DNA of 64,000 nucleotides from an uncultured Chloroflexia bacterium. Its GTDB lineage: Bacteria > Chloroflexota > Anaerolineae > Anaerolineales > UBA4823. The notes beneath the pieces were generated by a model. The model searched no databases and was not told the DNA's origin. It was given only the letters and a program-made list of their open reading frames with translations. The position numbers and the translations under genes are program-made. Shown piece by piece: positions 36,915-45,155 of the stretch (position 1 is the stretch's first letter; the number at the start of each line of letters is the position of its first letter). The stretch is from positions 450,435 to 514,434 of the forward strand of contig CAVSBZ010000007.1 of assembly GCA_963726315.1 (NCBI GenBank), read 5' to 3'.

Positions 36915-39068
36915 TCATGGCTCAACCGGAAAGAGTGCCTTGAGGATATTATAGGCGGGCAGCTCAGGATAAAACTGAACACCGGTCGAGAGGGCATTCT
37001 TCTGCAGCTTCTGCCTGAGCGCATCATCTTCGACCAGGCGCTGCAGGGCTCTGAAACAGGCATCTTGATCCTGGGTATCTACGACCAGGCAGTTCTCTTC
37101 ATGCCTGGCAAAGGCATCCGACCCGCCTTTGGAAGGGACAATAGTGGCTAAGCCGCAGCACATTGATTCTATGGCAGTCAGCCCGAAGCCCTGAAATATG
37201 GAATAGTCCACAAATATATCTGATTGGTTGAGCAGGTTAACGATTTGAGCTGGGCGCAGCTCTCCGGCAAGCTGCCAGGGGAAATTCTTAGGCAGTGGGG
37301 CAAAACCTGGGTCATAGGGTTCACAGCCGAAGAGCAAGAATTCCAATTTTGAGCCATACAGTTTACTGGCTTGTTGGAGAATCTGCATCGTCATTCTTGG
37401 GCTACGACGCTCCGAGCTGGGACGGATCATGGCGGCAATCCGCAAAGGTTGTTCGGACGGTGAAGAATCTGGGAGTGGAATTGGACGAAATAAATCGGTA
37501 TCGATGTGACCACCAACCAGCTGGCTGGAGATGGCGTGCTGTTGCTCAATCTGGTCACTGATCCATTGGTTGGTCACACAGCGCACCTGGTTTGGAATCA
37601 GGTTATAAGAAGCTGCGGCAACACGGTAACCTTCAGAATCAGGCCGGTAGAAGTACGGCTCGTAATCCTGGATATAGTACCCAACTCGCAAATCGGATCG
37701 CTTAACCTGAGCTGGAACAATCCAGGAAACGGTAATGTTGGATGTGGCAACCAGCGCATCATAACCGTCAGCCATCTCCGGAATATCCTTAATTTCTCCG
37801 AACAAAACCGGAACGTCTACAGCGGGGTAGGATTTCATGAAAGATGGGCGGTTGATCAACAAGTTCATAATTTGAGCGTCCACTCCCATTTTCCTCATTG
37901 CCTGAACTGCGAGAAAAACTGAATTTGATCCACCTCCAGCACCCTTTACCGGCAAGATGAACAGCACTCGCCGGTTGTTGAAGTGTTCCCGTCCTGAACG
38001 GATCAGATTTTCTCGTTCGGCGATATAACGGTTGTGCCAGTAAATGCCCTCCTGAATACGGTCGTGGTGAGGATAAGTATTTCCCTCGCTAAAACTGCTA
38101 TGCTCTTCTTCCTTAGCCAGTGGCGTGACAGGCAGCTCCAGGTTTTCGAGCGAATTATTCGGGTCAGTATGGTCAGGTTGAACGATATTGACATATGCGT
38201 TATCTGCAAGTGCGGGTTGCCAGCTTGTCTGTGATAGATGTAGCCATTCATCTTCTTTAATAACTCCAAGCTGGTCAATCATCTGGTGTCGCACAAGCAG
38301 GAAGTGGTCATCCAGTTTATTCAGTGGTGGGTAAATCCGCCTGGAATACAGAGAGACCAATTCACCGGTTGGGTTGGGAAGGCTGCTTTCCGGGAGAGTC
38401 AGTCTTGCCGGATTGATTGTGGATAGAGTATTCGATATGGCAAGGTCAATCGACAGGTTGGTTAACGGACCCACCAGCCCAATCTTGGGGTCACTTTCCA
38501 TACAAGCCAGCATGCCATCCAACCAACCTGGGGTGACCTGTGTATTGCTGTTAAGCAGGACGGCGAATTCAGTCACGGATTTCTGTAAACACTGGTTTAA
38601 GGCTTGTGGATAACCCAACTTGTTATCATGCCGGATAATGGGGATAGAATGGCTAAAACCTGCCAGGTAGTGCTGAGTTTCCTCGTCGCTACCGTCATCA
38701 ACCAGGGTGATTTGAAAAGGAGGGGGAGTGCATTTTTGGACGGATTCGACACATTCCTTGAACTCTGAAGTCGAATTATGAATATAAATAAAGATATCGA
38801 CCGGTGATCGGTGGGGTGACGCCGGGGGGTTAATGCGAATATCTTCAAGCGTGATGACTTTAGCTCCCTTGGGCATCGTCCCCTTGAAACGCAGGATATA
38901 CCCGAAGCGGATCAAATCCCAATATACCTTCCTTACTATTAGAAGGACGAAAGTGAATATCCCCTCATTACGGATAATAGAGAGCGCATGGCGGATCGGA
39001 CTTCTCGTGTTTTCTGCCTGTTTGCCAGATGGAATGGGGCTTTGGCGGTGCTGTTTTGATGCGGTCAT
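36915..39068 (-). CDS. Bimodular GT2 + GT-B (GT4-like) glycosyltransferase
   Basis: GT2 part: VDIFIYIHNSTSEFKECVESV...ITLVDDGSDEET...LLNSNTQVTPGWLD. C-terminal GT-B part: RVLFILPVKGAGGGSNSVFLAVQAMRKMGVDAQIMNL...GYYIQDYEPYFY...GFGLTAIESMCCGLATIVP. Confidence 0.75.
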   Translation of the reverse strand: MTASKQHRQSPIPSGKQAENTRSPIRHALSIIRNEGIFTFVLLIVRKVYWDLIRFGYILRFKGTMPKGAKVITLEDIRINPPASPHRSPVDIFIYIHNSTSEFKECVESVQKCTPPPFQITLVDDGSDEETQHYLAGFSHSIPIIRHDNKLGYPQALNQCLQKSVTEFAVLLNSNTQVTPGWLDGMLACMESDPKIGLVGPLTNLSIDLAISNTLSTINPARLTLPESSLPNPTGELVSLYSRRIYPPLNKLDDHFLLVRHQMIDQLGVIKEDEWLHLSQTSWQPALADNAYVNIVQPDHTDPNNSLENLELPVTPLAKEEEHSSFSEGNTYPHHDRIQEGIYWHNRYIAERENLIRSGREHFNNRRVLFILPVKGAGGGSNSVFLAVQAMRKMGVDAQIMNLLINRPSFMKSYPAVDVPVLFGEIKDIPEMADGYDALVATSNITVSWIVPAQVKRSDLRVGYYIQDYEPYFYRPDSEGYRVAAASYNLIPNQVRCVTNQWISDQIEQQHAISSQLVGGHIDTDLFRPIPLPDSSPSEQPLRIAAMIRPSSERRSPRMTMQILQQASKLYGSKLEFLLFGCEPYDPGFAPLPKNFPWQLAGELRPAQIVNLLNQSDIFVDYSIFQGFGLTAIESMCCGLATIVPSKGGSDAFARHEENCLVVDTQDQDACFRALQRLVEDDALRQKLQKNALSTGVQFYPELPAYNILKALFPVEP

Positions 39069-39096
39069 ATCGAGGGATGAGCTCTGGGATTGCCCC

Positions 39097-42060
39097 TTAC
39101 AAGGGGAATAAAGTGTTCAGCATATTCAAAGCGACCTGCTCTGGAAAATAAGCACAAATATCGTGAATGGCATTGTGCCGCAGTTGATCGCGAAGCTTTT
39201 CATCATCAATGAGGCGCTGTAAGGCAGCCCACACGTTATCAAAAGCTGACATGTCGACAACCAAACTGTTTTGTTCATTTATGGCGTAAGTGGTTGCACC
39301 ACCATTTTGGGGAACGATCACCGCTGAACCGCAAGCCATAGCCTCCATGGCAGTCAGACCCATCGCCTGATGGGACGAGTAATCAACAAAAATATCGGTC
39401 TGACTGAGCAGATTAGCTACCTGGGAAGGAGAGAGAATCCCATATAATTTCCACGGGAAGCCTTGCGCCAACTGCTGAAAGTCAAGATTATCGTGAGTGG
39501 TTCCGAACTGGTTAATCTCGACCTCACCTCTATATTTTTGGGACAATTTTCGTAGCAGCGTCATCGTTTTTTTGGGTTCCCGATATGAAGATTCCGGCCG
39601 GATCATAGCGGTGATCGTCAATGGTCCATCAGGCCAAACCGGGCGATGATGCGGGCGTGGGCGAAAGAGATCAATATCCACGCTGGCACCAATCACTCTA
39701 CATTCGCGACTGGTGGAACGAATGATCTGCTGTCGTGTCCAATCTGTTTTGGTGAATAGGACCATATTCTCAATCAAGGTATAAGAATTGAGGGCGCTTT
39801 GATAGCGCGAGTCAGCATCTTTATACATTAATGGTTCGAACCCCTGAATATAATAACCAAGCGCCGGATGAGGCGTCCTTGATTGGAGGGGTTTAAGCCA
39901 ATCAACCGTTGGGTTAAACGTGGCGATAACAGCATCATAATTTTGAGCTGCGAATTCCAGATCTGCTTCACTACCAAAAATTGTATAAGGAAGGAGGTCT
40001 GGATAGGACTTAATGAAACCCTGCTTGTGTGAGGCTGGGTGAAAATAGGATACTTTTACTCCCATCTCTTGCATGGCGAAGCTCTCAGTGCGGATGACAT
40101 TGACACCCCCGCCAGGATTATAGATGGCATCGAACACAAAGAGAACCTTCTTGCCTGACAACTGCTTACCTTCATGAACGCATTTTTGCCTGTCATGGGC
40201 CACCTGTGCTCTGGCGCGGATCCCTTCCAAGACTGGATCTTGCAGGCAAAAATGCACGCTCTGCGAAAGCATCTTTTCGCCGTGTTTCTTGCGCAGGATT
40301 TTTTGGGCGCGTTCAGAGAGCGCCAAACGTTGGTCAGTCGAATAGCTCTTGGATTGGGCATGGTAAATATAAGCATCGTCGGCAAGCGCCAGCTTCCAAC
40401 CCAGCTTGCGGGCGCGCAGCATGAGGTCATCCTCTTCACCATACCCCTGCCTGAACTGCTCCTCGTCGAATAGCCCGGCCTCATCCAATAATTTCCGCCT
40501 GATCAGCAAGCAGAAGCCGTTCAATAAGGGCATATCCACATACAATCTGGCAGACCTGGAGGCGACCAGCTGTGCCATGCCGGCGGGGGATAACCCCCCC
40601 GGTAATGGGTTGGAAGCCCAATCGCCGTTCTCCTCAATTTTAGGAACTGACTGCCAGGAGGCGGTGTTAGAAAGCGGACCAACTGCCCCGATCTTGTCGT
40701 CGGTTTGGATACACGCCATCAGTCTGTCCAACCAATCTGGGGTCAGGATGGTGTCGCTATTTAACAATACCAGAAACTCCGCGCTGGATGCACGCATCCC
40801 CCGGTTGGCAGCGCTGGGATAACCCGTTGGCTGGTCCGATCTGAGCAACAGGGAGTTGTGCAAAGCGGTAAATTCGCCCAGGTATTGGGCGGTTTGCTCA
40901 CCAGAGCCATCATCGACCAAAATAAGCTTGTACGGCTGAGTGGTGTGCTCAATGAGGGAATCCAGGCAATTGCGGGTATCTTCCAGTGCATTATGCACAC
41001 AGATAATAATATCCACATTGGTTGTATGTGGTTCGAGCCTTGGTCGGTCGACCATACCGGCGATCTCACAGACTTGACTGGCTGGCGATGAATTGGAATG
41101 CCTTAGCCTATATTGATGCCAAAGAATACTGGTTCTAAGAGCAAGCCTTCCATAAAGTTTCTGCGAAGAGAATTGAAAAAAGCCGATGAAGCCTTCACGG
41201 CGGAACACCTGATACCCCCGAAATACATTGCGCATGGCTGATTCCCGCCGGCTTCCCAGGGGAATGATCCGCTCCCTGAAGTGTTGTACGTGGGTAATAA
41301 GTCGCCAGCTGGTGCTGTTCCTGATCGCATCCAGCTCCGCCTGGAGACGCTTCGGCTTCCAATATTGAAGCTCCATCTCTTTCCTGGCAAGCTCATTTTT
41401 ATATTCCACGCTGAGCGCGCGCCTCAGTGCGGCTTCCTGTGAAACCTGCCAGATCTTCCGTTCGTAGAGCATTATCTGGTCCGCTAATTGTAGCTTGGCT
41501 TTCAGGAAGCGCATCGCCCATGGAGCGACGAAAGAAGCGTCGAAGTCAAGGTCATGGATGAAGCCAAGCCGGTTAAAGATGGCTGCCCAATACTCGGGTG
41601 GTTGGGTGGTTCCATGTGACGAATGATTAGAATCGATTGGCAGGCAGGAAAAAAGTACGTCTTCAGTATGCAGACACAGGTTTTCCAATGCGCTGACCGC
41701 ATCTTCAGGAGACAGGTGCTCGACGACATCGATACAGATGATCAAATCGAAATGCGTTTGGGGTAAAGGCTCGAGGATCGACCCTCCCTGGCAGTAAGGT
41801 TGACTTTCAGTCAACACCCTGCCTATGGAGGTTTCGGAGCTATCGATTCCCCACGCATCCACGCCACGGTTGCGCAGCGCTCTAATCAGGTAACCGCTTC
41901 CACATCCGGTATCCAGGACTGTGGCGGGCTGCAGGTCAAGCACGATGCGTTCAGCCAGACTTTCGAATGACCCCGTCGTGGAATCATCGGGAAAGGCTTG
42001 ATCGCCCCAGCGCATGGTGTGGTAGATCTGGTTAAAATTATCCTGGTGGTTAGGTGTCAT
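39097..42060 (-). CDS. Multidomain SAM-methyltransferase / coiled coil / GT2 / GT-B (GT4-like) enzyme, 987 aa
   Basis: MTase: VLDTGCGSGYLIRAL...IICIDVVEHL. Helical heptad-like stretch: KAKLQLADQIMLYERKIWQVSQEAALRRALSVEYKNELARKEMELQYWKPKRLQAELDAIRNSTSWRL. GT2: VDIIICVHNALEDT..LILVDDGSGEQT..LLNSDTILTPDWLD. GT-B: KVLFVFDAIYNPGGGVNV...GYYIQGFEPLMY...AMGLTAMEAMACGSAVIVP. Confidence 0.75.
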   Translation of the reverse strand: MTPNHQDNFNQIYHTMRWGDQAFPDDSTTGSFESLAERIVLDLQPATVLDTGCGSGYLIRALRNRGVDAWGIDSSETSIGRVLTESQPYCQGGSILEPLPQTHFDLIICIDVVEHLSPEDAVSALENLCLHTEDVLFSCLPIDSNHSSHGTTQPPEYWAAIFNRLGFIHDLDFDASFVAPWAMRFLKAKLQLADQIMLYERKIWQVSQEAALRRALSVEYKNELARKEMELQYWKPKRLQAELDAIRNSTSWRLITHVQHFRERIIPLGSRRESAMRNVFRGYQVFRREGFIGFFQFSSQKLYGRLALRTSILWHQYRLRHSNSSPASQVCEIAGMVDRPRLEPHTTNVDIIICVHNALEDTRNCLDSLIEHTTQPYKLILVDDGSGEQTAQYLGEFTALHNSLLLRSDQPTGYPSAANRGMRASSAEFLVLLNSDTILTPDWLDRLMACIQTDDKIGAVGPLSNTASWQSVPKIEENGDWASNPLPGGLSPAGMAQLVASRSARLYVDMPLLNGFCLLIRRKLLDEAGLFDEEQFRQGYGEEDDLMLRARKLGWKLALADDAYIYHAQSKSYSTDQRLALSERAQKILRKKHGEKMLSQSVHFCLQDPVLEGIRARAQVAHDRQKCVHEGKQLSGKKVLFVFDAIYNPGGGVNVIRTESFAMQEMGVKVSYFHPASHKQGFIKSYPDLLPYTIFGSEADLEFAAQNYDAVIATFNPTVDWLKPLQSRTPHPALGYYIQGFEPLMYKDADSRYQSALNSYTLIENMVLFTKTDWTRQQIIRSTSRECRVIGASVDIDLFRPRPHHRPVWPDGPLTITAMIRPESSYREPKKTMTLLRKLSQKYRGEVEINQFGTTHDNLDFQQLAQGFPWKLYGILSPSQVANLLSQTDIFVDYSSHQAMGLTAMEAMACGSAVIVPQNGGATTYAINEQNSLVVDMSAFDNVWAALQRLIDDEKLRDQLRHNAIHDICAYFPEQVALNMLNTLFPL

Positions 42061-42113
42061 GCTTGCTTATCGCCCCATTGGGTCGCAGAAATCCTGCATG
42101 TATCCAGCATTTT

Positions 42114-43364
42114 TTATAACAGGTGCCATTCACCACTCATGGTCATAACCCCATAACGATCATGAACGTTATGTCCATGGTTGTTAATTCGGAAGGTGTA
42201 GTAGTGATCGTGGTAGTCAAGGATGATATTTCCGAGGCGATTAACCAGCGCAATGGATAATTGATACATACCTTCCATCAGGGGGAGAGAGGGAATGGTA
42301 TAAACGATCCCACCAATCCCCGGCATTACTTTTATATCCAAACCATCGAAAGCCGTGTTCGGTCCGGTGATATGAACTCCATCCTGCCGGTGGATGGCAA
42401 TCCCTACCTCCAGTGAATTGACCTGTTCGTGGGCAACATATTCAATCTGCACCTGCATACATTCGCCGGTATGGAATATTTGCTGCTCCCGGTCCTGTTT
42501 ATTTAATATCCTGACTTGCCTGATTTCGATGGGTTTATATTCTTTTTCGTCAGAATTATCACCTGCCTGGCTCTGGGCGATAAGCTGCCGGTTTTCTTCT
42601 TCCGAGACGAGACCAAGGTAACGATCGACCACTGTTTTTGCATTATCCATCGATACAATTTGGCCGCGGTGAAGCCAGGCGGCTCGCTGGCACATCCCCT
42701 CGATCACGCTCATCGAGTGGGAAACGAGCAGGATGGTCGCCCCTTGAGATTTGATTGCCAGGATGCGGTCATAACTCTTATGCTGAAAAGCTTCATCGCC
42801 TACCGATAAAATCTCATCCACAATCAGGATGTCGGGCTGTGAATCGGTTGCCACAGCGAAGCCCAGCCGGGCAGTCATGCCGGAAGAATAGGTGCGCAGT
42901 GGTGCGTCAATGAAATCACCCAGCTCTGAAAACTCAACGATGCGCGGGAATTTTTTATGCATTTCTTCCTGGCTGAATCCGAGCATGGCACCATTGAGAT
43001 ATATATTCTCGCGGCCGGTCAGCTCAGGGTGAAAGCCCGCACCGACTTCAAGCAGGGGTGCCACGCGCCCTCTCACAATCACCCGCCCTGCTGTTGGTCG
43101 GATCACTTTTGCCACCAGCTTTAGCAGCGTGCTTTTCCCGGCGCCATTATGACCGATCAGACCGAATACTTCGCCCCGGTTTACACTCAGGTTTACCTGG
43201 TTCAAAGCATTAAAAGTGCGCTGTTTGACCTTCCCCTCAATCAAGCGGATAAAGTACTCCTTGAATGTGCCTATCTGCTCCTGGGGGACGCGGTACTTTA
43301 CCGAGACGTTATTGAGCTCGATAATGGTTTGATCGGATGTCAATGCGGCAGGAGTTTCAGTCAT
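42114..43364 (-). CDS. wzt: Polysaccharide ABC exporter ATP-binding protein (Wzt-like) with C-terminal extension
   Basis: GLIGHNGAGKSTLLKLV Walker A, YSSGMTARLGFA, LIVDEILSVGD, then about 180 aa beta-rich C-terminal domain. Start set at ATG 43364 (MTETPAAL); 43391 or 43421 are possible. Confidence 0.85.
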   Translation of the reverse strand: MTETPAALTSDQTIIELNNVSVKYRVPQEQIGTFKEYFIRLIEGKVKQRTFNALNQVNLSVNRGEVFGLIGHNGAGKSTLLKLVAKVIRPTAGRVIVRGRVAPLLEVGAGFHPELTGRENIYLNGAMLGFSQEEMHKKFPRIVEFSELGDFIDAPLRTYSSGMTARLGFAVATDSQPDILIVDEILSVGDEAFQHKSYDRILAIKSQGATILLVSHSMSVIEGMCQRAAWLHRGQIVSMDNAKTVVDRYLGLVSEEENRQLIAQSQAGDNSDEKEYKPIEIRQVRILNKQDREQQIFHTGECMQVQIEYVAHEQVNSLEVGIAIHRQDGVHITGPNTAFDGLDIKVMPGIGGIVYTIPSLPLMEGMYQLSIALVNRLGNIILDYHDHYYTFRINNHGHNVHDRYGVMTMSGEWHLL

Positions 43365-43368
43365 TTTC

Positions 43369-44208
43369 CTATATCCGGTAGGCAAATTCATCCGATTTAT
43401 TGGTAAAAACCAGCCAACCAAGGGTCAGGAAGAATAAAGAGATACCCAGCGGTATCAGGAACTCGGTCATGGTAGGTAATCTGCCAAAATAGATGGGGAT
43501 GCGGAACAGGGTGACCATATGATACATGGGATTGAGTACGGTGAGGTAGAACCGGTAGGCCTCTGGCAAAATCGTGACGGGATACATGACCGGGGTGAGG
43601 AACATCCACGCCATCATAAGTATTTGGTACATCTCGGCAATATCCGGGAAATAGACCGCCAGGGTGGATATTAATAACCCGATTCCCAGGGCAAACCCTG
43701 CCAGGATCACTACCGATATGGGGGTAAATAAAATCGACCAGTGCAGTTTAAGCCCGGTGATAAACATGACCCCAATTAGAGGCACCATTGAGAGAGTAAT
43801 GTTTACCAGACCAGTGCCAATGGCAGCGATGGCAAATGAGGTCCTGGGCATGTAGATGCGGTTGAGCAAACCACCCCCCCAGACCAGGTTAACCATCGAG
43901 GCAGTAGTGGTCTGGCTGAAAAATGTCCAGGCTAACAAACCGCTTAGTACATAGGCTGGATAGGATGGCAGGTCACCAGCTCGAAAAAACTGGGAGAAAG
44001 CAATCGTCCACACCAACATCATGCCGAGGGGGTTGAGCATCGTCCAGGCAACACCCAGGAATGACCTCTTGTAGCGGGTCAGGATGTCTCTACGGATCAG
44101 CTGCAGGATCAGGTAGCGATAATTAAATATCTCGCGCAGCTCTTCAAGCACGACAGAGCCCCGGCGAGTGCTATCATATACCACAGAAAGACCAGGTTGA
44201 GACTTCAT
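43369..44208 (-). CDS. wzm: ABC-2 type polysaccharide exporter permease (Wzm-like)
   Basis: YRYLILQLIRRDILTRYKRSFLGVAWTMLNPL N-terminal ABC-2 motif; 6 TM pattern; 279 aa. Confidence 0.85.
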   Translation of the reverse strand: MKSQPGLSVVYDSTRRGSVVLEELREIFNYRYLILQLIRRDILTRYKRSFLGVAWTMLNPLGMMLVWTIAFSQFFRAGDLPSYPAYVLSGLLAWTFFSQTTTASMVNLVWGGGLLNRIYMPRTSFAIAAIGTGLVNITLSMVPLIGVMFITGLKLHWSILFTPISVVILAGFALGIGLLISTLAVYFPDIAEMYQILMMAWMFLTPVMYPVTILPEAYRFYLTVLNPMYHMVTLFRIPIYFGRLPTMTEFLIPLGISLFFLTLGWLVFTNKSDEFAYRI

Positions 44209-44293
44209 GGATTACCTTGTGATGATTCCTGATTATTATATAACGTGTTGTACCTCGGGGTGGATTGGGAAGCAGGTCTCCATCCAGAAGGGA

Positions 44294-45094
44294 TTATTTG
44301 GTGGCGAGAAATCCGCCGACGACCTTGGTCATCACTAATTTGCCATCTTTTGCCAGGCGTTGCTCGGCAACGGTTTTAATCGCCTGCATGACTTGCTCGA
44401 AGCCCCCTGAATCTTCAAACAAGGTCTTCCAAAGCCGGCGATCTTCAGATAACGATGCCCGGGTGTAGGCAAGGAATGGGTCAACTTCTTCGAATGTCAA
44501 CGGGTTTTCGAAGATGTGCAGCTCAACCGTAGAGAACAGGTTTTGAATGTTCTTATAGATCAGGCTGGAATAGCGTGAGCTGCCCGGCATGGGTGGAATG
44601 GGTTTGTGTGTTGCCTCAAAGATGAGGTCATAAAATAGTTTTTTATTTTCCGGCATGGGACCGGTGGTAAATAAGCGTCCACCTAGGTTGAGCACCCTGT
44701 GCATCTCAGCGATTGTGTAGGGTATGTCTTCGGAATAATAGATTGCAAAACAAGAGGTCACCAGGTCGAACTCGTCATTGTTAATCGGAAAGCGCTGGTT
44801 GAAATCGAGGTCGATGAACCGGATGCGGTTCCCAATCTTGGCATTTTCCTGGCGTGCTTTTTCGAGCAGCTCTGGGTTTACGTCACCACCCGTAATATCT
44901 GCCTCGCCATCCAACGCTTTATAAAAAAGGAAGCATTGTTTACCTGCCCCACAGCCGATATCCAGGATTTTTGAGCCCTTTTGTGGATTGATGATATGGA
45001 GCATCCATTCATCGATATCACGGCTACCATATTTCTTATGGATATCGATGCGGGCGAGCAGGTCATTGGTTGTTTCTTGATATTCGATTTTCAT
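44294..45094 (-). CDS. Class I SAM-dependent methyltransferase
   Basis: ILDIGCGAGKQ motif I and FDLVTSCFAIYY motif; 266 aa. Confidence 0.8.
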   Translation of the reverse strand: MKIEYQETTNDLLARIDIHKKYGSRDIDEWMLHIINPQKGSKILDIGCGAGKQCFLFYKALDGEADITGGDVNPELLEKARQENAKIGNRIRFIDLDFNQRFPINNDEFDLVTSCFAIYYSEDIPYTIAEMHRVLNLGGRLFTTGPMPENKKLFYDLIFEATHKPIPPMPGSSRYSSLIYKNIQNLFSTVELHIFENPLTFEEVDPFLAYTRASLSEDRRLWKTLFEDSGGFEQVMQAIKTVAEQRLAKDGKLVMTKVVGGFLATK

Positions 45095-45155
45095 AAGGCA
45101 TCCTCTTTAAAATCTTCCTTTCGGAGAATAATTCTTTCGAGACTGACGATAACAT

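Noticed and set aside
44240-44260. TATAAT-containing string (GTTATATAATAATCAGGAATCA on the minus strand) upstream of wzm2, as a third copy of the shared operator
   Set aside because: It shares only the -10-like box and loose similarity. The ATTCA-N5-TGAAT palindrome is absent. It may still be a promoter, but it is not the same element.
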